A stretch of 64,000 nt of DNA from the NCBI GenBank assembly GCA_010356995.1, contig ML996688.1, positions 1,834,579-1,898,578 of the forward strand. Direction: 5' to 3'. Position 1 is the first letter of the stretch, and every line of letters begins with the position of its first letter. The position numbers and the translations under genes were made by a program. This DNA is from Trichodelitschia bisporula. Lineage: Eukaryota. The notes beneath the pieces are model-generated. The model ran no database searches. It saw only the letters and a program-made list of their open reading frames with translations, and had not been told where the DNA came from. Of the stretch, positions 1 through 9,644 are shown piece after piece.

Positions 1-837
1 CTAGTCTTTGAGCCGGAGTTCGATTCCGCCATCAACAGCGACGATGAGATGAATGAGACGAAGGAAAACGGAGATACGCACAAGCATCGCGAACGGGAGG
101 CAGCGGTCAACTCGCTTCACAGACACGAGCTCATTGCACTTGCATCGTGTTTCGTCAGTCCAATGGCCGTGGCCTACATGCTGCACGCCATTCGACCATA
201 CCTGTCAAGCCCCTCTGGCGGACTCGTCTCCAATTCGAATCTGACGCTGTTTGTGCTCGCCGCCGAAGTGCGGCCAGTGCTGCACCTGTTCCGGATGGCA
301 GAGGCGCGAACACTTCATCTGCAGCGCATCGTGGCCGAATCACCGGTCGAGCCAATTCTCGACGCGGAAGGCATCCAGTCGCTCGCGCAGCGCATCGACG
401 GTCTAGAGCGCAAGCTGTCCGCGACGTCAGACAAGCCCAACGACAAGGCGAACGACAAACGCGATGAAGTGGCGCTCACGCGTGTCCGGCAGCAGCTGCA
501 GACGCAGCTCGACGCGCTCAACCGTGCAGTGCGGCGGTACGAGAAGCGTGAGATTACGCAGACACTACGTACCGAGGCGCGCCTGGACGGGCTGGAAGTC
601 CAGCTTAGGGATGCGCTCACACTGGCGGCCGCGGCAACACGAGGTCAGCACCGGCGCGGCATCTTCACCATGGGTGTTGACTTCGTGTATTCCGTCTATG
701 TCTACACTTTTGCCATCTCTAGCTATATGCTGCATGCTCCGGCTCGGCTGGCCAGCGGAGTGTATCGCTATCTGCTCGGGCCGAGAAGAAAGAAAATTCG
801 CAGAGTTAGGCCAAAAGACAAGGCGGCTGTGGAATAG
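1..837 (+). CDS. 5'-truncated hypothetical protein with hydrophobic segments and a coiled coil
   Basis: Frame is open from base 1 to TAG at 835-837. Heptad-like segment (QQLQTQLDALNRAVRRYEKRE), hydrophobic stretches and a basic C-terminus. Confidence 0.75.
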   Translation, partial: LVFEPEFDSAINSDDEMNETKENGDTHKHREREAAVNSLHRHELIALASCFVSPMAVAYMLHAIRPYLSSPSGGLVSNSNLTLFVLAAEVRPVLHLFRMAEARTLHLQRIVAESPVEPILDAEGIQSLAQRIDGLERKLSATSDKPNDKANDKRDEVALTRVRQQLQTQLDALNRAVRRYEKREITQTLRTEARLDGLEVQLRDALTLAAAATRGQHRRGIFTMGVDFVYSVYVYTFAISSYMLHAPARLASGVYRYLLGPRRKKIRRVRPKDKAAVE

Positions 838-1295
838 TAATGCACAGCCGATGCTATGATCTGTCGAATATTGAGACCGGCAAGTACCTTCCGGGCACAG
901 GTCGCACAACGTCATCTGTGCAGAGTTTCAGCCTTCCCAATCGAATCGGTGTCCCGATCTTACCACTTCTCTGCATGAATATGTCAGAGCAGATGCCGTT
1001 GGTGTACGCCCTCCCCTGCATCTCCCTTTTCGTCTATATCCGGACGTTAATCCTTGGATGAGATGCATCTCAGCCTCGTATCTGCAGTCTCGATCTGCAG
1101 TCTCATTGCTGCCTGCTGAGATAGCTCCGCTAAATCCCGGTGCTGATCGTCGTTTCTTATTTCGTTGGCGCTTCCACCCCTGCTCACTTCGGCGCCCATT
1201 TTCCTACCCCACATCTGCCCCGCATCTATATAAAGCAGCCTCGTTGCCGAGTATCACAGCAACAATCAACATCGCCACATCTCAATTCCGCAATC

Positions 1296-2502
1296 ATGTC
1301 ACTCCAATCTGACCTGAGCCTCTCTGCCGCCAAGTTCGATCCAGCCGCCGTCCCGGCCCAAGCTGCGCGCCTCAACGGTGTACTGCTGAAAGTCATGAGC
1401 CAGGGGCCGACATGGAATGAGGTATTTCTCTCCGTAAAATGGAAGATTGTCTCTGACCAAAAAGGTGGGCGCTGCGCGCTATCGTGAGATGCGCTGGAAC
1501 AACGAGACGGCACTGCCCCGGCCACCGGTTCTCGAGTCTGGCATCAACGCCACTATTCCGTCTCGCGACAAGGGGCGCGATATCCCGATTCGCCGGTTCA
1601 AGCCGGAAGGAGAGATTCGCGGGACGTTCATGCACATCCATGGTGGTGGTTGGGTGTTGCAGAGCGAGGCTCAGTGCGTGGCTTCCACGTGGCGTGCGTG
1701 GCATGCGCAAGGCTGATTAGGGCAGTCAGGATACGCTGCTCAAGGCTATTGCCGACATGGGTGGCCTTGCCGTTGTATCTGTTGGGTATCGACTCGCGCC
1801 AGGTAGGCCTTCTGCTTTTTCGTAGGAATGGAGCTGACCGGCAGAACACCCTTTCCCTGCTGCTCCGGACGACTGCGTCGATGTTGCCAACTACCTCATC
1901 GAGAATGCAGAGCGCGAGTTCGGCGGGCCGTTGCGCTTCTTCAGCGGCGAGGTTGGTTGTCACGCCCTTTATGGTCCATGTGACTAACTCTCCAGTCTGC
2001 CGGCGGCCACCTCTCCCTTCTTACGTACCTGCACGTACATGCGAACCCGAAGCTGCAGCTCGCCGGCCTGGTCCTGCACTTCGGCTGCTACGAGCTTTCC
2101 TCCTTCCTGCCCAGCTCATACACCAAGAAGAACACGCCGATCGTAACTCTCCAGGGCATGCAGGATTTCATAGACGCCTTCCTACCCAACACGACCGAAA
2201 TCCAGCGCCGGGACCCGCTCATCTCCCCCCTATGGGCGGACTGGGTTGCTATTGGCAATACTTTGCGTGAGGCAGGTGGCAAGCTACCGCCCATACTCTT
2301 CACTGTTGGTACGGAGGACCCGCTGTTGGATGACTCGGTGTTTATGGCGGCGAAGTGGCAGATGGCGGGTGGAGAGGCGATTCTGAAGGTGTACCCGGGC
2401 GCGCCGCATGGGTTCATCTTGTTTGAGGAGAAGGTGCTGAAGTCAGTTGGGGAGTGCTTGCGGGATATGAAGGCTTTCTTTGCGGAGAAGTTGGCAGTTT
2501 GA
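1296..2502 (+). CDS. alpha/beta hydrolase, HSL/Abhydrolase_3 family esterase (4 introns)
   Basis: After splicing GT..AG introns (~1422-1464, 1674-1725, 1803-1844, 1952-1995): HIHGGGW, VGYRLAPEHPFPAAPDD, GESAGG nucleophile elbow, DPLLDD, PGAPHGF. TATATAAA near 1227-1234. Confidence 0.9.
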
Positions 2503-2995
2503 GGGGGTAGAGAGCGTGGGATCGCAGGGAGCACGCATTGCTTTTGTCGATTACGGAGGTCCCTTGTCCGGTAACTGAGTATCGTTCGGCGCTTTCTACG
2601 GTTGGTTCGTTGGTAAACGATATTGGAGGCGAGAGTCTTCTTCCGTTGAGCCTTGACTGCCGTTTTAGCCACCCCTAGTGAGTTCCTTGATTGTCAAACT
2701 CTGGTTGACGGCTACTTGCAGCTCCCTTGAAGTATCTTCACATCGAGCGCCATGGACTTCCACTTCCACATCCAGTCAGTTTCTCTACCTCTTCCTCCTT
2801 CCAGACCACATTTCCGGCAACAATCACCTCGAACCCTCGATATCATCCTTCTCGTTTCTAACCCGCCGGTCCTGACCCACCCCTCGCTCCCTTCCCCCTC
2901 CAACACGCAAGCACTCTCCTCCCTTCCCCCCACAAGCCCATAAATACCCACACCCTCTCCCCCCAAAATCATCATCACCATCATTACCCACCGCC

Positions 2996-5900
2996 ATGCG
3001 GTCTCCCACCCCCACCACGACGCTCCTCGTCGCCCTCAGCCTGCTGTCCCACACCCAAGCCGCAGCCCTCAAGCCCCGCAAGGNNNNNNNNNNNNNNNNN
3101 NNNNNNNNNNNNNNNNNNNNNNNNNNNNNNNNNNNNNNNNNNNNNNNNNNNNNNNNNNNNNNNNNNNNNNNNNNNNNNNNNNNNNNNNNNNNNNNNNNNN
3201 NNNNNNNNNNNNNNNNNNNNNNNNNNNNNNNNNNNNNNNNNNNNNNNNNNNNNNNNNNNNNNNNNNNNNNNNNNNNNNNNNNNNNNNNNNNNNNNNNNNN
3301 NNNNNNNNNNNNNNNNNNNNNNNNNNNNNNNNNNNNNNNNNNNNNNNNNNNNNNNNNNNNNNNNNNNNNNNNNNNNNNNNNNNNNNNNNNNNNNNNNNNN
3401 NNNNNNNNNNNNNNNNNNNNNNNNNNNNNNNNNNNNNNNNNNNNNNNNNNNNNNNNNNNNNNNNNNNNNNNNNNNNNNNNNNNNNNNNNNNNNNNNNNNN
3501 NNNNNNNNNNNNNNNNNNNNNNNNNNNNNNNNNNNNNNNNNNNNNNNNNNNNNGGCTCCTTCCACGGCGGAAACAGAGCCCCGATTCCCTGGCCGCCGAA
3601 TCAGCCCGCGCTCCAGCCGGGGCGCGATCATGCGCTTGATGCGGAGACGAATATGGATCCTGAGACGGCGTTGACGTGGGATCGGCCTGAGCCGGGGCCG
3701 AGGAGGAGGGGGGTTGAGGGTGGGGATGAGGAGGGGGTGGAGGGGGAGGCGGGGAGTTTGATTCCGGTTTCTGGGCATATTGCGCCAATGGTGGTGCCGG
3801 ATGAGAAGGACAAGGCAAAGAAGCCGAAGCACAAGAGTGACGACAAGAAGCCTCCCGTGGACGGCCTCAGCCGAAGGGGAGTCGAAGGGGAAGAGGTGGA
3901 GGGTGAGGCCGAGAGGTTGATTCCTGTCAGCGGGCATATCGCTCCGATGTACGTGCCCGACAAGAACGACAAGCCGTGGCACCCCAAGCACAAGGACGAC
4001 GGTAAGCAGCCCCCCGAGCCGGGCACGCCCTGGCAGGCCAAGCGGGATGCTCTGCTCAGCTCAGCCGGCTCCACATCCGCGGATACGGAGCGGCAGGTCG
4101 AGGCTAGCACCCTCGAACGTCGCCAGGTGTGGACGAGCGAGATCCGGTACTGCTACCCCGAAGGCTATAATCCCGAGAAAGACGTGAGCTTTAAATTTGA
4201 GGGGTACTGCGTCCACCCCGAGACCGAAGCCAGGCTACCCGCGCTGCATAACATCTCCACCGCCTGCCCGCAGGAGCGCATGGTTCCGTTCCAGCCGCAG
4301 CCGGTGAATCCGGTAAACCAGTGCTACCCACGGGAGAAGTGCTGCGTGAGGGACTCAGTCCTGGCGAAACTCAAGGCTGAAGCGGGCTCTGCCCCAGCGC
4401 CACAGAGTGTGCAGAACCCGGTCGCCCAGGCAGCGGATTCTGATCGAGGCATTCGCGCCGTTGAACGGCAAGACCAAACTCCCTCCTCGGCTTTTGAAAA
4501 GCGGCCGTGCCGAGGCGCCCTCAACGGTTATGCCATTCCGGGCTACTGCGTCACCACGGTCACCGGCGCTGAGTATCCTGGCCAGCCCGAAGCCGAGACC
4601 TGCCCGCCGATGGATATATGGGCCCCCTGGGCGACAGATGCGGAGCAATGTGGGCCGGGGGAGTCGTGCTGCGCGCGGTTTCCGGATGATCTCAAGCGCG
4701 CAGTCCGCGCGCCCCGGAGTGTGCAGGAAAAGAGGCGCTGCACGGCGGACCTCGGCGACACTGCTGCGGGGTATTGTATTGATCCGTTGACCGAGGCGGC
4801 GGATCCAGCTGGCGATGAGGTGTGTGACCGGAAGTTTTGGTACCCGCCGAACAGCGACACCAACGGCTGCACGGCCGGTCAGAAGTGTTGTGTGAAGCTC
4901 GCGCGCCGCGCTGAGAGCAGCATAAGCCTCACCTCCTTCAGCAAGACGACGGTGACGGGGACATGGGCCACGTCCGGCGCGTGGTCCAACGCTACTCGTA
5001 CGTATAGCTGGTGGGGCACAGCTGGGTACACCACCACAAGCAGCAAGCTCTCGCGCCGCGCTGAGAGCAGCAGCATCAGCCCCATCACCTTCAGCAAAAC
5101 AAAGTTGACAAGCAAGTACGCCACTTTTAGCACGCTGCCCAACACCACGTACACCTGGACGGGCCCGTCTGTTTACACGACCACGACCACGACTACCAGC
5201 AGCAAGATCACAACGCTCACCACGACGGGCACATCTACCTATACCTCCATCGCCACGGCCATCACGACGGCGAGCAGCAAGCCCGCGACAGGCACCACGA
5301 GCAGTAAGTCCACGACCGGCACCACGACTAGCACCACGACAGGCACCACAGCCGCGGGCAACGGACTCACCTTCACAATTCCGCGCCGCGCCGAGAGCAG
5401 CAGCATCAGCTCCATCACCTTCAGCAAGACGACGTTGGCCAGCAAGTGGGCCAACACCACGTACAGCTGGACGGGCCCGTCTGTTTACACCACCACCACC
5501 ACGACTACCAGCAGCAAGCTCACGACGCTCACCACGACCGGCACCAGCACGTACACCTCCCTCACCACGGCCACCACAACTACGGGCAGCAAGCCCACGA
5601 CAGGCACCACAACCCCAGGCAACGGGCTCACCTTCACAATCCCGCGCCGCGCCGAGACCAGCAGCATGAGCAGCAAGCTCACAACCCTCACCACAACCGG
5701 CACCACAACCTACACCACCACCCTCACCACCTCCATCGCTGCCTCCTACTCGCCCCTCCCCTGCCGCGCTCTGGTATGGGAATTCCCCCCCAACGAAATG
5801 CGCGGGACCTGCGCGCCCCCAACGCAAAGCGGGTGTCCCAACGGTCGTTTCTTCCACGAAATGCAAGAGTCAGGCCACTCAATCTGTGCCGACGCGGGGT

Positions 5901-6619
5901 TGCGGTGCTGTGTCCCGTTTGTTGCGCCGACTGGGGCTGAGCCCGCGCTTTGCACGATTAGGAAGGCGTGGGGACTGGATCCGAGGGGGCATTGTGCGGA
6001 TCCGTTTACGAAGGAGGGGTGTGGGAGTGAGGTCTTTCAGCCGCATGACGGTTGTCCGGCGAAGTATATGGGGTGTTGTCCCGAGAAGTCCGGGGTCGGG
6101 GAGGGACGCGCGTATACCATGAAGGATGGGCGCAAGGTCCCAAGTCGGGGCGTTGCGCCGGCGGTGGTGGTGGCGGCGGAGTTTCCGCTTAGGAAGTGGG
6201 AGAAGGAGGGGAAGATGGGGATGGAGATGGGGGAGATGGGAATGGAGGAGAAGGTGCTTGCTGCGCGGGCGACGGGGACGGTGACGACGACGGCGATGAA
6301 GACGAAGCAGATCGTTGAAACCGCGATGCCGATGCCGACGGGGAACGAGACGTGGCTCCTAGGCCGGGAATCGGACTCTGATGACTCTGATGACTCGGAC
6401 TCGGATGACGAGCACGAAGGCCGTAGATGCTTGGCCCGGCGGAGGCATCAGAGTGCCAAGGGGCAGAAGAAGGGGTTTTGCGTGGAGAAGGGGAAAGAGG
6501 ATGAGTGCTGGACGAAGAAGAAGACGCCGTTGCTCAGGGAGGGACATGAGGTGCGCCCGGTTTGGGGCGGGGATTGGAAGTGTTTGGCTGAGGGGATGTT
6601 GTGCTGTGTGAAGGGGTAG
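2996..6619 (+). CDS. secreted repeat polyprotein with KR/RR sites, six 6-Cys modules and Thr-rich repeats (interrupted by N gap)
   Basis: Signal peptide (LLVALSLLSHTQAA), long stop-free frame after the gap, repeated dibasic sites and C..GxC..C..C..CC modules. Frame across the 3084-3553 gap cannot be verified. Confidence 0.8.
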   Translation: MRSPTPTTTLLVALSLLSHTQAAALKPRKXXXXXXXXXXXXXXXXXXXXXXXXXXXXXXXXXXXXXXXXXXXXXXXXXXXXXXXXXXXXXXXXXXXXXXXXXXXXXXXXXXXXXXXXXXXXXXXXXXXXXXXXXXXXXXXXXXXXXXXXXXXXXXXXXXXXXXXXXXXXXXXXXXXXXXXXXXXXXGSFHGGNRAPIPWPPNQPALQPGRDHALDAETNMDPETALTWDRPEPGPRRRGVEGGDEEGVEGEAGSLIPVSGHIAPMVVPDEKDKAKKPKHKSDDKKPPVDGLSRRGVEGEEVEGEAERLIPVSGHIAPMYVPDKNDKPWHPKHKDDGKQPPEPGTPWQAKRDALLSSAGSTSADTERQVEASTLERRQVWTSEIRYCYPEGYNPEKDVSFKFEGYCVHPETEARLPALHNISTACPQERMVPFQPQPVNPVNQCYPREKCCVRDSVLAKLKAEAGSAPAPQSVQNPVAQAADSDRGIRAVERQDQTPSSAFEKRPCRGALNGYAIPGYCVTTVTGAEYPGQPEAETCPPMDIWAPWATDAEQCGPGESCCARFPDDLKRAVRAPRSVQEKRRCTADLGDTAAGYCIDPLTEAADPAGDEVCDRKFWYPPNSDTNGCTAGQKCCVKLARRAESSISLTSFSKTTVTGTWATSGAWSNATRTYSWWGTAGYTTTSSKLSRRAESSSISPITFSKTKLTSKYATFSTLPNTTYTWTGPSVYTTTTTTTSSKITTLTTTGTSTYTSIATAITTASSKPATGTTSSKSTTGTTTSTTTGTTAAGNGLTFTIPRRAESSSISSITFSKTTLASKWANTTYSWTGPSVYTTTTTTTSSKLTTLTTTGTSTYTSLTTATTTTGSKPTTGTTTPGNGLTFTIPRRAETSSMSSKLTTLTTTGTTTYTTTLTTSIAASYSPLPCRALVWEFPPNEMRGTCAPPTQSGCPNGRFFHEMQESGHSICADAGLRCCVPFVAPTGAEPALCTIRKAWGLDPRGHCADPFTKEGCGSEVFQPHDGCPAKYMGCCPEKSGVGEGRAYTMKDGRKVPSRGVAPAVVVAAEFPLRKWEKEGKMGMEMGEMGMEEKVLAARATGTVTTTAMKTKQIVETAMPMPTGNETWLLGRESDSDDSDDSDSDDEHEGRRCLARRRHQSAKGQKKGFCVEKGKEDECWTKKKTPLLREGHEVRPVWGGDWKCLAEGMLCCVKG
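3084..3553. other. assembly gap (470 N)
   Basis: Run of N. Confidence 1.
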
Positions 6620-6885
6620 GGGTTCGTGGGGGGTGTATTTCTTGTTTCCGTTTCCTGTCTCCTGGGGGTTCTTTGATTTGATGCCCTTGGGGATAGTTGT
6701 CTAGGTGTTTGGCGCGGTGGTGCAATATGATTATTTCCTCGGCTAAGCGGTTCTGCAGTGTACTCGAATGCCTTTATCTTTGTCTTTGCCCCCTTCGCCG
6801 CCGTTCTCAATTCATCACCGCTCAGTCCTGTCTGTGCATGCAATCATGGCCTCGCCAAGTCAACAGTAGCCTCACCACCCACACG

Positions 6886-7456
6886 GGAGGATGAGTGCTG
6901 GACACGTAAGAAGACGATTCTGCTCAGGGAAGGGCATGAAATGCACCCCGTGTGGGGTGGAGACTGGAAATGTCTTGCTGAGGGAATATTGTGTTGCGTG
7001 AAGGGGTAGGCATAGGGGGTGTATTCTTGTTCCTTGTTCCTTTCTCCTGGGGGTGCTTTAATTTGTGATTCAGATTGGTGACTATGGTTATCTCTGCAGT
7101 CGTAGTGTAATGCGACTGCTTCTTCTACTGAGCAGTGCTGTGGTGTTGTTCTTTAATGTTCTCCCTGAGCCCTTCGCCGTTATTCCAACTTCATCTTTGC
7201 TTCGTTTCGTCTGTGGGGGGTGTAGAACAAGGCTCACTGGCACGTATATACAATATGGTAATTGTGAAAGAGTTGATGAAAGACAAGGAGAGGGGAGAGT
7301 TAGAGACTCTCGAGGTTTAATACACGATGTCTTCAACGCTCCTTTCCACAATACTCGTATTACATCATATCACTTGATGACATAAGAATGCCCCTTCCAT
7401 CCACATCAGCGTGCCACACATCACAGCCTCGCCAAGTCCAGCCTCACACCAACACG
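6886..7456 (+). repeat. diverged tandem duplicate of the 3' end and 3' flank of the Cys-rich gene (copy of ~6497-6885)
   Basis: EDECWTRKKTILLREGHEMHPVWGGDWKCLAEGILCCVKG* repeats the gene's C-terminus. Downstream blocks (gggggtgtatt, gcccttcgccg, gcctcgccaagtc) recur in the same order. Confidence 0.9.
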
Positions 7457-7525
7457 TGATGTGACTCACCTCTTTTTGCCGTTACACTCAAATTTTAGCT
7501 AAGCACCTATGTGGTCATCAAACCA

Positions 7526-7597
7526 AGCTGAATGGCGCAGCGGAAGCGCGCCGGGCTCATAACCCGGAGGACGGTGGATCGAAACCACTTTCAGCTA
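7526..7597 (+). tRNA. initiator tRNA-Met (CAT)
   Basis: 72 nt. Acceptor stem AGCTGAA/TTCAGCT with A1-U72, anticodon stem CCGGG-CTCATAA-CCCGG, T-loop GATCGAAA typical of eukaryotic iMet, followed by a T-run terminator. Confidence 0.95.
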
Positions 7598-7901
7598 TTC
7601 CTTTTTGCCTTTTTGCGCGAGGCCTGGTGAGGGTCAATGAGGTTGTCTTGCATGTACTAAAGGGCTCGATAGGTAATGGGCGTGCTTCAATTTTGTGTCA
7701 CAGGACCGAGGAAGTTGTACACGTGCTCTAAAATTTGATATTGAGACAGGCAGAGACTGCTACGCCGGATATCGCCATCCCTAAGGTAAACGTCTAAATC
7801 CACACCAAACCTCATCATGCACTACCCAGGAGTAAACAGTGTAACCGCCACCGACACCTCGACACCACTCTAACGCCCACTTTCTCCACTAGATCAAGCA
7901 T

Positions 7902-8551
7902 CTAAACCGCCCCACTCCCCCTCGTAAAGCTATACCCCTTCCCCCCCCCCGTCGCGGGACTCTCATACGCCCCCCGATACTCCGTATCCCCCCCAACACC
8001 AACACCACCCATAACAGGCGAATGACTATCCAACGGTCCCCACCCCCTTCCCTCCACTTCCCCTCCGCTCAAAGCCTGATACGCCGGCGCCGGCCGCCCA
8101 GGCACAGGTTCTTCGTCGTCGCTGTCGTGTGCCCCGTCGATATCGCGTGTGCTGCTGTCCCAGATCGGATCTTTGGGCGCGGAGGAGGAGTCGAGGGGTG
8201 TGGCGGTGTAAGGGGAGGGCGCGAGCCAGGGGTCGAGGGCTTGGGGGTCGCGGAGGGAGGTGCGCAGCATGAGGGATGAGAGGGCGGTTGTTAGGAGGAA
8301 GGTTACGCTGGGGGGGTTGTTAGTGGAATTTGGGGAGGAGGGGAAGGGGACGTACAAGATGAGCACCCCGACGGAGGCAGCGGAGTATCCGAGCTTGCAC
8401 TTCGCCTCCGGGCCGTAGCCAAAGGTCGTGCAGTTCCCCTGGTCGAGGGGGAGTTTGGCGTCTGTTGTGCCTTTGTCGATGCCGGCGCGGTTCCAGGCGA
8501 GGACGGAGGCGAAGGCGGAGAGCCAGAGGATCTGGTTCGGATCAGTATAAA

Positions 8552-8584
<33 letters not shown>

Positions 8585-8905
8585 CGGGGACGCACGCAGA
8601 ACACAGCGTCCACAGCGACGAAGGCGATTGCCTTAGCGAACTTCGCGGTGCGGGTCCACATGGGCACGGCGACGAGGTAGATCAGCGCGGGGATGGAGAG
8701 GAAGCACTGGCTGCGGTTAGGTTACGAAAGAGGGGGGAGAGGGGGAAAGACGAACGAGACCGAAGAACCACCCCGGCCGGCTGTCAACGCTGCCCGGCTT
8801 AGTGAGGAGGGCGATGGTGATGCATGCTGCGACGAAGATGATGATGGCTTGGAAGGCGTGGAGACAGGTTTTTGCCTTTTGGAGTTTGCTGATTGCCTGG
8901 CGCAT
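7902..8905 (-). CDS. MARVEL-like four-TM membrane protein (3 introns)
   Basis: Spliced product has four hydrophobic helices (HAFQAIIIFVAACITIALL; CFLSIPALIYLV; ILWLSAFASVLAWN; AASVGVLI) with a Cys pair in the second loop and an acidic C-tail. Confidence 0.75.
8552..8584. repeat. 33-nt poly-G (poly-C on the transcript) inside an intron
   Basis: Homopolymer within the ~8533-8597 intron of the MARVEL gene. Confidence 0.9.
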
Positions 8906-9644
8906 TGTGGTGGTTGTGTCGTTGACGCCTCAGGGTGTGTCCGGTGTACAGATGGTGAGCGGCGGCGAACGGTGTTTTGTCAAAGGTAGGTATCCAAGGA
9001 GCGGAGAGAATGAAGTGGCGGACAAGAAGGTCAACACAAAGCTCTTCTCTCCCCCTCAAATGTCGCGGTTCTCGTGCTGCATAGTTCGTGTTTGGGGCTG
9101 AGCGAGGCAGAAGCCAGACGCGCTGCTGGGCGGATGCGAAGAAAGGGAGAGAGTCTAGTCCGAGCGCCTGAGCCCAGCTGGAGGCTGAAAATGCACGTCT
9201 CCGCCCTAAAAATAGTGGCGGAGCGGAGGCGCGGCGCTTTATTGCCGGCATGGGTGCTCGCGTGGATACTGGCGAGGCGGTTGGTGGATGGGTTTTGATA
9301 GACATGAGATGGGAGGAGGGAATGAAGCCGAGCAATGCATGCAAGAACAGTAAACATTGACAAATCGTGGTGTTTAGTCCCATCCGTCGCCATGACGCGT
9401 GAGATCTGGCCCTCCATGAGGCGACAAGGCACATGGCGGCGTGGCGTTAAGGCCGAAAGTCTAGACGATGCCAAGGCGGCTGTGAGGCGACAAGGCGACA
9501 AGGCGACAAGGCGACAAGAAAACAAGGCCATCAATTGTTTCTCAGGCATCAATCCGACCCCACCAAAGACCCCGCCTCGGCCCATGATTTTCACTCCACC
9601 ACGCAGCTGCATCACAGCTACAGTACACCATCACGACCGCCAGA

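Noticed and set aside
9486..9518. GGCGACAA x4 microsatellite in a divergent promoter
   Set aside because: Simple slippage repeat with no evidence of function.
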